A stretch of DNA of 64,000 bases from Candidatus Aminicenantes bacterium (GTDB taxonomy: Bacteria > Acidobacteriota > Aminicenantia > Aminicenantales > JAFGBC01). A program made the position numbers and the translations under genes. The stretch lies in contig OY969696.1 in NCBI GenBank assembly GCA_963702005.1, forward strand, positions 1,760,001 to 1,824,000, in the 5' to 3' direction. The notes under the pieces are model-generated. The model was not told where the DNA came from. It did not search any database and was given only the letters and a program-made list of their open reading frames with translations. Below are positions 19,824 to 29,898 of the stretch, in pieces. Each line of letters opens with the position of its first letter. Within the stretch, counting starts at the first letter, position 1.

Positions 19824-21700
19824 GGGGAGGAGGGCTCGGCCTGGCGGGCTCAATCGCGGTTGGGGTCGTCCTTTGGGCCGCTCCGGCCCGGCCGGCCGAA
19901 AAACAGGTTCTCGTCGTCCAGGCGGAGATCCTCGTCTATAGCTACGACCACAACCAGGTTTACGGGGAGAAAGCCGCTTTCGAAGCCCGTGGCTATAAAG
20001 TCACGGCGGCCTATTTCAAGGCCGACATCCTCTCGCGCCAGGCCCTGGCCTACGGGAGCGTGACGCTGGCCAAGGACGGCGAAAAGCTCGAAGCCGACGA
20101 GCTCTATCTGTCGTTGGAAGGCATGACCGGAACGCTCGTCCGCTACGGGCCGACGATCGAGACGACGCCTCTCCGCGCGGCTGCGGCCGCGGCCGCGACG
20201 GAGGGGAGCGCCGAGGGCAGGGCCCCCGCGGCGCCGGGCGGCGTCTTCGACGGGATCAGCCTGGACAAGATCCGGAAATCGTTCATCTCGTTCTCGGCCC
20301 GGACGATCGCCCTGACCGAGAGCTTCGAGGTCCTGGGGACGGGCGTCACCCTTTACCTGGAAGGGCTCCAGTCCCTGGCCTTCAAGCGCTTCCGGCTCTC
20401 CGACGGCGTCGGCCCGCGCCGGAACGGATTTGCCATCAACCGGATCTGGTACAACAAGACCCAGGGGCTGATCGGCCGCGCCAGCTATTCGATAGAGAAG
20501 CCGAACAAGGTCACCAGCCTGACCCAGCTCAACTATGAGGAGCGCTCCTTCCTCAAGAACAACTACGGGATCGCGCGCCAGGTCGACCTGCTGTCCTCGA
20601 CGACGCTGACCTTCAACGAGTCCCTCAGGATGGGCCTGGCCGGGAACTTCAACTCCTCCAGCCTGTGGAACGTTCAGACCTGGATCGGCAAGACCTGGAG
20701 CCCGGCCCTCACCACCCAATTCGATTTCTCTTATAACAAGCCCATCAATTATCGGGGCGAGGCTTGGCTCGGCTTCCAGTCCCAGCTCTCGGCCGGTAAA
20801 TGGGGAAACCTGGCTCTTCAGGGCCGCTACGAGCTCCGCAGCCAAGCCATGGCCAGCATGAACTACGCGGCGTCCTTCCTCAACCATTTCAGCCTCAACC
20901 TCCAGTCGTATTATTCGCGGGTCAAGATCGGAGAGAGCCGGGATTTCTCGGAGATCTTCACGGGCGGCCTGAACCTATCCTACGCGTCCCGCCTTTTCAA
21001 CCTGGGGACGGATTATTTCCTGAACTATGACCTGTTCGGACGGCAGGTCCTATCCCAGCCCCAGCTCCGGATCGGGGTCAATCCGGTCACGTTCTACGGC
21101 GGCCTCCTCTCGGTCAGCCTCAACGACATCGCCCTCTACAATTATTTCGAGAGGGAAGGCTCGGCCGAGCGCAGCTCCAGCAATAATACGACCTTGAGCC
21201 TGGGGACCCTGCCGGTCGAGCTCTCCAAAGGCCTCCGCTTGAACCTCAACCTGGCCCTCGAGCAGTTCATGGAGCGGGAGGGGCGGAATTTCACGACGGG
21301 CGGATTCATCGTCAACGCCGTCCAGGAGATTTGGACCGGTGTGTCGATCGAAGCCTATTACAGCCTGTCCTCGCGCCGGCGGAGCCGCGGCTGGCTGATC
21401 GAAGGGACGGCCAGCCAAGACCTGAGCCTGGTCGGCAGGGCCGCGATCGGCGACACCGTTAATTCCTGGGTCTCGTTCTCCTACGACGCCAAGAACGCCC
21501 AGATGCGGCAATCCTTCGCCGACCTCTCCTTCAAGGTTGTCCGGAATTGGAGCCTCCACGCCATCCTCAACTACGACTTCTTTCTCAAAAAGCTCAACAA
21601 CATCGACCTCTACATCGTCAGGGAAGCGGGACGCCTCCAGTTCCGGTTCATCTGGCGGAGCCTGTCCCGCCAATTCCTGGTGGAGTTCGTGCCGCGATGA
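19820..21700 (+). CDS. LptD/OstA-like outer-membrane beta-barrel protein
   Basis: ATGA overlap with the previous stop; signal peptide; OstA-like N-terminus (ALAYGSVTLAKDGEKLEADELY); long aromatic strand-rich C-terminus. Confidence 0.55.
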   Translation: MRGGGLGLAGSIAVGVVLWAAPARPAEKQVLVVQAEILVYSYDHNQVYGEKAAFEARGYKVTAAYFKADILSRQALAYGSVTLAKDGEKLEADELYLSLEGMTGTLVRYGPTIETTPLRAAAAAAATEGSAEGRAPAAPGGVFDGISLDKIRKSFISFSARTIALTESFEVLGTGVTLYLEGLQSLAFKRFRLSDGVGPRRNGFAINRIWYNKTQGLIGRASYSIEKPNKVTSLTQLNYEERSFLKNNYGIARQVDLLSSTTLTFNESLRMGLAGNFNSSSLWNVQTWIGKTWSPALTTQFDFSYNKPINYRGEAWLGFQSQLSAGKWGNLALQGRYELRSQAMASMNYAASFLNHFSLNLQSYYSRVKIGESRDFSEIFTGGLNLSYASRLFNLGTDYFLNYDLFGRQVLSQPQLRIGVNPVTFYGGLLSVSLNDIALYNYFEREGSAERSSSNNTTLSLGTLPVELSKGLRLNLNLALEQFMEREGRNFTTGGFIVNAVQEIWTGVSIEAYYSLSSRRRSRGWLIEGTASQDLSLVGRAAIGDTVNSWVSFSYDAKNAQMRQSFADLSFKVVRNWSLHAILNYDFFLKKLNNIDLYIVREAGRLQFRFIWRSLSRQFLVEFVPR

Positions 21701-22173
21701 GGAAGGTTCCGGGCGTTTGGGCGGCGCTCGTCTTGGTTCTGGCCGGAGCCGCGTCCTGTATCTCTTTCGATATCAGGCGGTTCCCGGAAGCCGAGGACTA
21801 CGTCGCCGCATTCCTTGTCTGTAAGAATGTCGAAAACGCCGATGATCTTATCCGGCCGGTCCATGAGACGTCCGAGTTCGCCGCCGCCGACGGCCGGGTC
21901 ATTTCGTTCGCGAGCGTCCGCAACGTCGTCCGAACGATCCGCCTCCGCTGGAAATGGTATGATGCAGCCAAGGCGCTCGTCCGCGATACGGGCGACGTCG
22001 AGGTCAATCCGGGGGGGAAAAACCTCGAGGTCGTGACGGCCTACGACGTCCTCCCGCTCGAAGCCGGGAAGTCCAGCACCGGCTCCTGGACGGTCGTCCT
22101 GCTCATCGACGGCCGGCTGGCCGCCCGCAGGGAATTCACGCTTTCCGATGGCGGAGGCAGTAGTCCCAGATGA
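21697..22173 (+). CDS. small lipoprotein with an Ig-like fold
   Basis: ATGA overlap; lipobox AASC; LRWKWYD...GSWTVVLLIDG...REFTL. Confidence 0.65.
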   Translation: MRKVPGVWAALVLVLAGAASCISFDIRRFPEAEDYVAAFLVCKNVENADDLIRPVHETSEFAAADGRVISFASVRNVVRTIRLRWKWYDAAKALVRDTGDVEVNPGGKNLEVVTAYDVLPLEAGKSSTGSWTVVLLIDGRLAARREFTLSDGGGSSPR

Positions 22174-22300
22174 CCCGGGACATGATCCTCATCCCGACCG
22201 GGATGGCCTTCTGGTCTCGGCTGTTTTCCTTCGGGCACGACTCCCAGGTCGAGCATGACGCTCGGCACCTCCTTGGCGTAAAAGCATTTTTCAACCTGGG
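22136..22300 (-). pseudogene. probable relic of the C-terminus of an M20-family amidohydrolase
   Basis: One frame reads FYAKEVPSVMLDLGVVPEG, another DQKAIPVGMRIMSRVIWDY; both resemble M20D C-termini. The rest of the gene is absent. Confidence 0.4.
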
Positions 22301-22534
22301 GAGGCCTTCAGCGACTAAAGGGGGTAGAGAGAAAGGCCCGTTAAAAGAAAGAAAAGGGAGGGCCGGGAGTGGATTCATAAGCCTCCTACTCCCTTCTTAT
22401 TATCTCTCGATCGCGCCTTGGATGACGGCCCTCCCTTTTCTATATAGTGACAAATTCTTCCTAAAAGGTCAAATCCCTAATTCATTTTTTTAGACGTCCC
22501 GCCCCGCCCCATTTTCTCAACTAGAAATAAAAAT

Positions 22535-22588
22535 AATTCTGGGGACACACGACTTAATTATCGAATTAAGTCGTGTGTCCCCAGAATT
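22535..22588. repeat. REP/MITE-like hairpin, copy 1
   Basis: 25-bp perfect arms AATTCTGGGGACACACGACTTAATT with a 4-nt loop; identical arms at 58125-58205. Confidence 0.9.
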
Positions 22589-22657
22589 CCTTCTGCTTCC
22601 CAGGCACGGCAAAATCATGTATGATTCCTACAAATACCAATCGGGAGGAGGCAGTTC

Positions 22658-23591
22658 ATGGACGTCAAAATTTTCATCGAGGACAAAGTTCGGGAGATCA
22701 AGGACACGGTCGGGACGGGACGAGCCATCTCGGCCTTATCGGGAGGAGTCGACAGCTCGACCTGCACGATCCTGGCCCACCGGGCCCTGGGATCCCAGCT
22801 CAAGGTCATCTTCATCGACGACGGCCTAATGCGGGAGAACGAGCCCCAAGACGTCGTATCGGTCTTCGCCGGCCTCGGGATCACGGTCGAGATTCTTCGA
22901 CGCCCGGCAGGCCTTTTTCAAGGCCCTCAAGGGGAAGCTCGACCCGGAGCAGAAACGCAAGGCGTTCCGTCAAATCTTTTACGAGGTCTTCGGGAAGGCC
23001 GTCAAGAAGAGCAAATGCCGCTTTCTCGTCCAGGGAACGATCGCCCCGGACATCATCGAGACCAAGGGCGGCGTCAAAACCCAGCACAACATCCTCGAAC
23101 AGATCGGGATCAATCCCGAGAAGGGCTTCGGGTTCAAGGTCGTCGAGCCCATCAAAGAGCTCTTCAAGCCCGACGTCCGGAAGGTCGCCAAGGAGCTGGG
23201 ACTGCCCGAGTCCGTTTATCAGAGGATGCCGTTCCCCGGTCCCGGCCTGATGGCCCGGGTCGTGGGCGAAGTGACGCCCGACCGCGTCGCCATCGTCCGC
23301 CGGGCGACCCGGATCGTCGAAGACGAGATCCGGCGCCTCAAGCCCTTCCAGGCCTTCGCCGTCCTCCTCAGCGATAAGGGGACGGGTGTCGAGGACGGCA
23401 AGCGGAAATTCGGCGAGATCATCGTCATCCGTTCCGTCGAGAGCAAGGACGCCATGACGGCCCGGGCGAGCCGGGTCCGCTGGGGCCGTCTCCAGAGGAT
23501 GGCCGGGCGGATCACGACCGAGATTCCGACCGTGACCAGGGTCTGCTACGAGCTCACCGGGAAACCCCCGGCCACGATTGAGTACATCTGA
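22658..23591 (+). pseudogene. guaA: GMP synthase ATP-pyrophosphatase subunit (GuaA C-terminal part/GuaAB) with a 1-nt frameshift near 22895
   Basis: ALSGGVDS PP-loop. After the shift at gagattcttcgac the other frame reads DPEQKRK, LVQGTIAPDIIE, VKTQHN, PFPGPGL, KPPATIEYI. No GATase domain. Confidence 0.85.
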
Positions 23592-23629
23592 GACCGGACG
23601 CGACCGGACCGGATTGAAAGGAGGGTTCC

Positions 23630-25372
23630 ATGCCCTTCATCGCTAAAAAGAAAGCCGAGGCCCCTACGATCGGAGTCTTCGTGCCCTGCGATCCGCGCAT
23701 CGACAAGGAAGCGAGGACGCGGGCCTTTGCCATAGGCGTCACGGCCGCCAAGCTCCTGGCGGCGCGCCTCAAACTCCCGGCCGGGACGGCGCCCAATGTC
23801 TTTCACTGTTCGCGGCTGGTCGACAGCGAGGCGACGGCCGACGCGGGCGCCCGGGAGCTTAAAGAAGCGGGCGCCGAGGCCCTTCTCATCGTCCCCGACA
23901 CCTGGTTCTTCCCCGGTAAGAGCGCCATGGCCCTGACGGCCCATTTCCCGCCCGCGACGCCGATCGCCTGCGTCGGCGGCAATAACGCCCCCAAGCCGGG
24001 GGTGGTCGGGATCGACGCCCTGGTCGGAGCCTACGCCCAGACCGGCCGGCTGTGTCCCATGGTCATCGGGATCATGCCCGAGACCGGCCTCAACCCCGAC
24101 TTCGACGCGAAGACAAAGGACGAGATCGCCGACCTCGCCCAGGCCATGCTGACCGTCATCGCCCTGCGCGGGAAGCGCTATCTGGCCGTGGACACCGATT
24201 CGATGCAGATGGAGACGGCCCTCAACCATGTCCACGCCGCGCGCCGCTTCTTCGGCCTGGAGAGCACGCGGGAGAGCATGAAGATATTCGCCGACATGCT
24301 CCGCAAGGGCGGCGGCTACGACAAGGCCGAGCTCCGCGAGCTCCGCAACTGGGTCCTCGCCGTTAAGTTCAAGGGGCGGATCTTCGCCAACCGGGACGAG
24401 ATCGTCCGGAAGAAAACGGCGGTCCTGACCGCCAAGGAGGTCAAGGCTCCGCCGCTGACGGCCGCCGACAAGAAGGCGCTCGACGACGGCCTGGCCCTCT
24501 ACCTCATCATCCGCGGCTATCTGCGGGACGTGAACGCGGTCGCCGGCGGCTGGACGAACCAGCTGGCCTGGGGCTCGGACCGGCGCGGCCTTCCGATGAC
24601 GACGGCCGACATCGCCGAATCCCTGTTCAACTCGACCGAGGACCACACCGGAAAGAAGACCGTCATTCCCTTCTCGACCGAGAACGACATCCAGGGCCTT
24701 CTGACCATGATCGCCTACTGCTGGCTGTCGGGAGGGCGGCCGCCGCTGTTCATGGACTTCCGCAAGGTCTATGAGCCGTGGGAGATCGAGCGGAACGCCC
24801 GCGAGCTGAGGATCGACGTCAACCGCTACCGGAACGAACTCTGGCTGAAGCGGGGTTTCATCGACGGCAACAACTCGGGCAGCGCTTCCCTCGACTTCGC
24901 CGAGAAGCACTTCCTGTTCAAGGCCGAGCCCAACTACTTCCCGGGCGGCGGATTCTCGGTCGGCTTCATCTCCCCCAAGGGGATCAAGGGCTTGGCCGGG
25001 CGGCTGGCCTGGAGCGACCTGGGCGGTCTGTTCACCATGGTCCAGGACGAGGCCCAATCCGTCGAGCTCCCGGCGCCGCTCGCGGAGAAGATCTGCCACG
25101 CCTCCGATTACACCTGGCCCCACACCTTCCTGACGCTCGACCACGTCCCGGCCGGGTTGGCCAAGGTCGGGATTCCGGCTAACCACTTCCACATGGTCGC
25201 CGGGCTCCCGCGCCGGCGCTGGCAGCACTTCTCGGACTACGCGCTCATCCTCAACTTTAAGTGGGAGAACGCGCCCGAATACGAGGAGGGCCTGGACCGG
25301 CCGCTGCCCATGCTCTGGCGCATCAACGGCGGAGAGACGGCGGCTAAGATGCTCCTGGCGGGCCGGAGGTAG
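23630..25372 (+). CDS. fucI: L-fucose/D-arabinose isomerase-like protein
   Basis: IGV..CDPR N-terminus; TENDIQG, FMDFR, WPHTF and ANH match the FucI Glu/Asp/His metal ligands. Confidence 0.7.
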   Translation: MPFIAKKKAEAPTIGVFVPCDPRIDKEARTRAFAIGVTAAKLLAARLKLPAGTAPNVFHCSRLVDSEATADAGARELKEAGAEALLIVPDTWFFPGKSAMALTAHFPPATPIACVGGNNAPKPGVVGIDALVGAYAQTGRLCPMVIGIMPETGLNPDFDAKTKDEIADLAQAMLTVIALRGKRYLAVDTDSMQMETALNHVHAARRFFGLESTRESMKIFADMLRKGGGYDKAELRELRNWVLAVKFKGRIFANRDEIVRKKTAVLTAKEVKAPPLTAADKKALDDGLALYLIIRGYLRDVNAVAGGWTNQLAWGSDRRGLPMTTADIAESLFNSTEDHTGKKTVIPFSTENDIQGLLTMIAYCWLSGGRPPLFMDFRKVYEPWEIERNARELRIDVNRYRNELWLKRGFIDGNNSGSASLDFAEKHFLFKAEPNYFPGGGFSVGFISPKGIKGLAGRLAWSDLGGLFTMVQDEAQSVELPAPLAEKICHASDYTWPHTFLTLDHVPAGLAKVGIPANHFHMVAGLPRRRWQHFSDYALILNFKWENAPEYEEGLDRPLPMLWRINGGETAAKMLLAGRR

Positions 25373-25375
25373 GGC

Positions 25376-26662
25376 GTGGCGGCGCCGAAACGCAAAGTCA
25401 TCCTGCGCCGTTCGCCCGACTACGACCCGGAGGCGATCTCCCGCATCATCCGCGAAGGCATCGAAGATTTCGGGCTCTCCTCCCGCATCAGGGGAAAAAT
25501 TACCATCAAGCCCAACGTCGTCTTCGCCCATCATAAAATCGCGCCCTCTGCCTTTACCCGGCCCGAGTTCCTGGACGGACTCATCACCGCCCTCAAAGCC
25601 GAGGCCGCCGAGGAGCTCCGGATTTCCGTGGCCGAGAAGTGCGGGGCCGCCATCCCGACCGTCCGGATGTTCCGCCGGGCCGGCTATCTCGGGCTCCGCA
25701 AGAAACACGGTGTCCGGCTCGTTCCCATGGAGGAGGTCCGGAAGGTCAAGGTCCGTCTCGAGAAGGGGCAGCTCCACAAAGAGGTGACGCTGGCCCGGGA
25801 GATGGTCGACCGGGATTTTCTCATCTACGCCCCCAAGCTCAAGACGAACGTCCTGGCCCATGGCCTGACGGGCGCCTTCAAGCTCAACATCGGCATCCTC
25901 TGCGACAAGGAGCGGATGTGGTGCCACCACTATGACCTGGATAAGAAGGTCGTGGACCTGGCCGAGGTCGGCCGGCCCGATTTCATCGCCACCGACGCCG
26001 TCGAGTGCGCGATCGGCGGAAACCAGCTGACCGAGCACGGCCGTCCGTTGGGCGCGGTCATCCTGGCGACCGACCCGCTCGCCCATGACGTCGTCTGCGC
26101 CCACATCCTCCATCTTGACCCCGCCAAGATCGGGCACCTCAAGCTCGCCAGCGAGCGCGGCTACGGTTCCCTCGACCTCGGCTCGATCGCGATCGAGGGC
26201 GACATAACGCTCGACGAGCTCCGCGGCCGGACCAAGGACTGGGACCTGGGCTTCATCCATGCCTCCCGGCTTCCCGGGAACATGAAAGTCCTCTGCGGCG
26301 AACCCTACTGCACCGGGGGCTGTCACGGCGTCTTCCTCGACTGGATCTACATGATCAAGGACCGCAAGCCCAAGCTCTGGAACAACCTTCCCGCCTGGAC
26401 GGTCGTCATCGGCGAGTACAAGGGCGACGTCGAGGCCAAGCGGGTGTTCCTCCTCGGCACGTGCACGAAGGTCCTGGGGAAGCTCAAGGCCCGCCGCAAG
26501 ATCCGGATCAGGGGCTGCCCGCCCAAGCATAAGACGATCGTCATGTGGCTGTTCCTCAAGGCCGGGATCATCAACCCCATGTTCCAGCCCGGCCTGGTTA
26601 TGGACGGCTATCCGTTTTATTGGCTGTCCAAACTCAGGCGGTTCTTCAAAGAAAGGCTCTGA
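25376..26662 (+). CDS. DUF362-domain Fe-S protein
   Basis: IKPNVV, PKLKT...LTGAFKLNIG, DPLAHD; C-terminal CTGGC, GTC and GCPP. Confidence 0.85.
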   Translation: MAAPKRKVILRRSPDYDPEAISRIIREGIEDFGLSSRIRGKITIKPNVVFAHHKIAPSAFTRPEFLDGLITALKAEAAEELRISVAEKCGAAIPTVRMFRRAGYLGLRKKHGVRLVPMEEVRKVKVRLEKGQLHKEVTLAREMVDRDFLIYAPKLKTNVLAHGLTGAFKLNIGILCDKERMWCHHYDLDKKVVDLAEVGRPDFIATDAVECAIGGNQLTEHGRPLGAVILATDPLAHDVVCAHILHLDPAKIGHLKLASERGYGSLDLGSIAIEGDITLDELRGRTKDWDLGFIHASRLPGNMKVLCGEPYCTGGCHGVFLDWIYMIKDRKPKLWNNLPAWTVVIGEYKGDVEAKRVFLLGTCTKVLGKLKARRKIRIRGCPPKHKTIVMWLFLKAGIINPMFQPGLVMDGYPFYWLSKLRRFFKERL

Positions 26663-26665
26663 CCC

Positions 26666-28309
26666 ATGGACGGACGCCTCATCATCGCCGGCGAGAGGAT
26701 CGAAACCGCGAAGAAGCTCGCCTCGACGAACCCCGCGACCCTCGAGTCCCTGGGGGAGGTTTCGCTCGCATCGGATGAAGAGTGCCGGAAGGCCGTCGAA
26801 GCGGCTCATGCGGCGCAACGGGGATGGCGCGAGCTCCCCGTCGCCGACAAGAAGAAAATCTTCCTCCGCGTCAAGGACATCCTCCTCGCCCGAGCGGGGG
26901 AACTCGCCGAGCTTGTCTGCCGCGAGAAGGGCTCGCCTATCGTCGAGGCCAACGCCGTCGACGTCATCACTGGCCTCGAGATCCTCGGGTACTACGGCTG
27001 TCACTTGGACAAGATCCGCGCTCCCAAGAAGACCCGCCTTCATGTCCCCCTCTTCGCCCATAAGAAGAGCGCCTTCCTGTTCCAGCCGTTGGGCGTGACG
27101 CTCATCATCTCGCCCTGGAACTTCCCCTTCATCATCCCCCTCAGCGACACGACCAGCGCGCTGGCGGCCGGAAACACGGTCGTCCTCCGGCCTTCCTCGA
27201 CGACGCCCTTCACCGGGCTGTTCATCGGCGAAGTCTACACGGAGGCGGGGCTGCCGCCCGGCGTTCTCAATGTCGTCAACAGCCGGGCCGCCCAAGCGGA
27301 ATTCATGATCACCCACCCCACGGTCCAGACGGTCATGTTCACCGGCAGCGTCGGGATCGGGCGCCGGGTCATGGAGCTCGCCGCCAAAAACCTGACCCAC
27401 ATCGTCCTCGAGCTGGGCGGCAAGGACCCGATGATCGTCCTGGACGACGCCGACCTGGACCTGGCGGCGCGGGGGGCGGTCTGGGCCGCCTTCATGAACA
27501 CCGGCCAGAGCTGCGCCTCGATCGAGCGGGTTTACGTCGATGAGAAGGTCGCGGAAGCGTTCACGTCCAAGGTCCTCGAGCTGACCAAGTCCCTCCGGGT
27601 CGGGAATCCCCTGGATCCGGACATCGACGTCGGCCCGATGACGACCAAGGACCAGCGGGAGACGGTCGAGGAGCACCTCGCCGACGCTCGAATCAAGGGC
27701 GCCCGGATCCTGTGCGGGGGAGAGAGGCTCAAGAACCTGCCGGGATACTACCTGACGCCGGCCGTCGTCGCGGGCGCCGACCATACGATGAAAATCATGA
27801 CCGAGGAGACCTTCGGCCCGGCCCTTCCGATCATGGCCTTCAAGACCCTGGAGGAGGCGGCCGCCCTCGCCAACGACTGCGAGTACGGATTGACGGCCTC
27901 GGTCTGGACGCGGAGCAAGAAGAACGCCGCGTGGCTGGCCGAGCGGATCGAGGCGGGGACGGTGACGGTCAACGATCACATGTTCTCTTTCACCGACCCC
28001 AAGGCGATCTGGGGAGGGGTCAAGAAGACGGGCGTGGGCCGGTCCCACGGGCCCTATGGGCTTCTCGACATCTCCAACATCAAGCTCGTTAGCTACGACT
28101 TCCATCGCCGCAACACTCAGCTCTGGTGGTACCCCTACGACCGGGCCAAATGCAGTTTCATGAAGAACGCCGTCGTCATCCTCCATAGCCGGAAATGGAG
28201 GGCCAAGTTCAAGTCCCTGGGCGCGCTTTTGCCTCAGTGGCGCGCCATCAAGGCCGGCAACTCCCCGAAGAATCTGTGGAAGTTCACCGAGCGTTTTTTC
28301 CGGCGCTGA
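26666..28309 (+). CDS. aldehyde dehydrogenase
   Basis: ISPWNFP, FTGS, LELGGKDP, GQSC, EETFGP. Confidence 0.93.
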   Translation: MDGRLIIAGERIETAKKLASTNPATLESLGEVSLASDEECRKAVEAAHAAQRGWRELPVADKKKIFLRVKDILLARAGELAELVCREKGSPIVEANAVDVITGLEILGYYGCHLDKIRAPKKTRLHVPLFAHKKSAFLFQPLGVTLIISPWNFPFIIPLSDTTSALAAGNTVVLRPSSTTPFTGLFIGEVYTEAGLPPGVLNVVNSRAAQAEFMITHPTVQTVMFTGSVGIGRRVMELAAKNLTHIVLELGGKDPMIVLDDADLDLAARGAVWAAFMNTGQSCASIERVYVDEKVAEAFTSKVLELTKSLRVGNPLDPDIDVGPMTTKDQRETVEEHLADARIKGARILCGGERLKNLPGYYLTPAVVAGADHTMKIMTEETFGPALPIMAFKTLEEAAALANDCEYGLTASVWTRSKKNAAWLAERIEAGTVTVNDHMFSFTDPKAIWGGVKKTGVGRSHGPYGLLDISNIKLVSYDFHRRNTQLWWYPYDRAKCSFMKNAVVILHSRKWRAKFKSLGALLPQWRAIKAGNSPKNLWKFTERFFRR

Positions 28310-28331
28310 GCCCCCCTCCGCTACGGGGGGC
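28310..28331 (+). terminator. GC hairpin directly after the ALDH stop
   Basis: GCCCCCC-tccgctac-GGGGGGC; the U-tract is weak. Confidence 0.4.
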
Positions 28332-28375
28332 TTCAGAGCGGCATTCATCGCCGTTTTAGCGCAAAGGAGCTTTAA

Positions 28376-29848
28376 ATGATGATTCGAAGCGGACACCGGC
28401 GCCTATTTAATGAGATCGTGCTTATCGGGCTTTCCCTCACGGTCCTAGTCTCCGCGCTCGCCCCGGCCCAAGAGCTCGTCTCCAACGTCGACGGCAAGAT
28501 CCAGGTCGTCATACTCCACTATGCGACGGTAGGGGAGGGCTTCTGGTTCGACCAGACCGTCCTCTTCCGCGACCTTCTCGCCAAAATGGATAAGGACGTC
28601 GGGTTCGTCATCCTGCTCGGGCCGGACGATAGCGCGGCTCGCGCCCGGGAGGTCCTTAGGCCGTTCGCCGCGGAGAAACTCCCCGACGGCACCGCCCGCG
28701 TCAAGTACCTTGTCGTCGACGTCAAGTCGAGCCTGTTCTATCCTTGGGCGCGCGACCCTTATTTCATCCTCAAGGACGGCGGGGATCGCCCGGTCTTCCT
28801 CGACGCCGGGTTCAACGAGAAGCCGTTCCCGGTCACCAAGTTTCAAGAAGTTTTTGCCGATGCCCTGACCTTGGCCGGGACGATCCATCGCGGAGGCGGC
28901 AACGTCCGGACGACCGAGGAAGCGATCTTCCTCGGCATGGATACGATCCTGGGGATCGCCACAAAACGACGCTACGCGCTCTTCGGTCAGGAGAGCTACG
29001 ACCATCTCTACGAGATGGCCGCGATCCTCAAGCCGAAAGATGTCCCCGCCTATCGCGAGAAATTAGACGCCCACGCCGAGTTCCTCCACCGAGTCCTCGC
29101 GCCCGGAAAGAGGCTCGTCATTCCCGAGAAGGACCTGTTCTTCGAGAAGTTGGGCAAGGGCGAGTTCGAATTCAAGACAAAGACGGTCCGTAACACGGGA
29201 GCCCAGGCCGCCTACCACACCGATGTCTACCTCGGTTTGGGCGATAAGGATGCCGCCGGCCGTCGGGTCCTGTTCGTCGCCGACAGCCGGGCCGGCGCGC
29301 AAATCGCCGAGGGCCTGGCCTCGGACAAGAGGCGGGAGGTGGAGCGAGGCCTGCCTCGGGTTCTCGTCGCCGAGGGGCTGACGGCGGCCGGCATCCCCGT
29401 GACCGAGGAACAGATCGCGGCCCGGTTTGAGTGGGACAAGCGCAAGCTCCTTGACCTCGGTATCGGAGAGGCGAAGAAGCAAGCCGAGAAGTTCGACAAG
29501 GCGGCTGCTTATCTCGAGGGGCTGGGCTTTAAGGTCGTCCGCATCCCGTGCCTTCCCAACGGCCTGAACGACGAGGACGAAAAGAACGACGGCGTCGTCG
29601 GCGTTTCCTTCAATTATTCCAACGTCCTGACCGAGGTCTACGGGGACGTCCGCAAGGTCTACCTGCCCCGGTTCGGGTTCGCGGCGATGGATAAGGCCGC
29701 GGCCGCCGCCTACCGATCGGCCGGTTTCGAGCCCGTCTTTATCGATGGACTTCTGACCAACGCCCTGAGCGTCCTTGAGGCCGGGCTGGATTGCCTGACC
29801 TCGGAGATCCGCTTCCCCGTCCGCTGGGCCGAGGCGACCTCCAAGTGA
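28376..29848 (+). CDS. secreted pentein-fold (agmatine/peptidylarginine deiminase-like) protein
   Basis: Signal peptide; ordered motifs WARD, GGN, HTD, NYSN and C-terminal GLDCLT. Confidence 0.55.
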   Translation: MMIRSGHRRLFNEIVLIGLSLTVLVSALAPAQELVSNVDGKIQVVILHYATVGEGFWFDQTVLFRDLLAKMDKDVGFVILLGPDDSAARAREVLRPFAAEKLPDGTARVKYLVVDVKSSLFYPWARDPYFILKDGGDRPVFLDAGFNEKPFPVTKFQEVFADALTLAGTIHRGGGNVRTTEEAIFLGMDTILGIATKRRYALFGQESYDHLYEMAAILKPKDVPAYREKLDAHAEFLHRVLAPGKRLVIPEKDLFFEKLGKGEFEFKTKTVRNTGAQAAYHTDVYLGLGDKDAAGRRVLFVADSRAGAQIAEGLASDKRREVERGLPRVLVAEGLTAAGIPVTEEQIAARFEWDKRKLLDLGIGEAKKQAEKFDKAAAYLEGLGFKVVRIPCLPNGLNDEDEKNDGVVGVSFNYSNVLTEVYGDVRKVYLPRFGFAAMDKAAAAAYRSAGFEPVFIDGLLTNALSVLEAGLDCLTSEIRFPVRWAEATSK

Positions 29849-29858
29849 CCCGGCCGGA

Positions 29859-29887
29859 TTGACACTCCAGGACGATTTTGGTATTTT
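29859..29887 (+). promoter_or_regulatory. sigma70 promoter of tRNA-Glu
   Basis: TTGACA-17 bp-TATTTT with an extended TG, 11 bp upstream of the tRNA. Confidence 0.6.
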
Positions 29888-29898
29888 GGGAACCTCTC

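Noticed and set aside
23546-28396. 1616-aa ORF on the minus strand
   Set aside because: Antisense shadow of fucI/DUF362/ALDH caused by GC-rich codon bias; no recognisable motifs.
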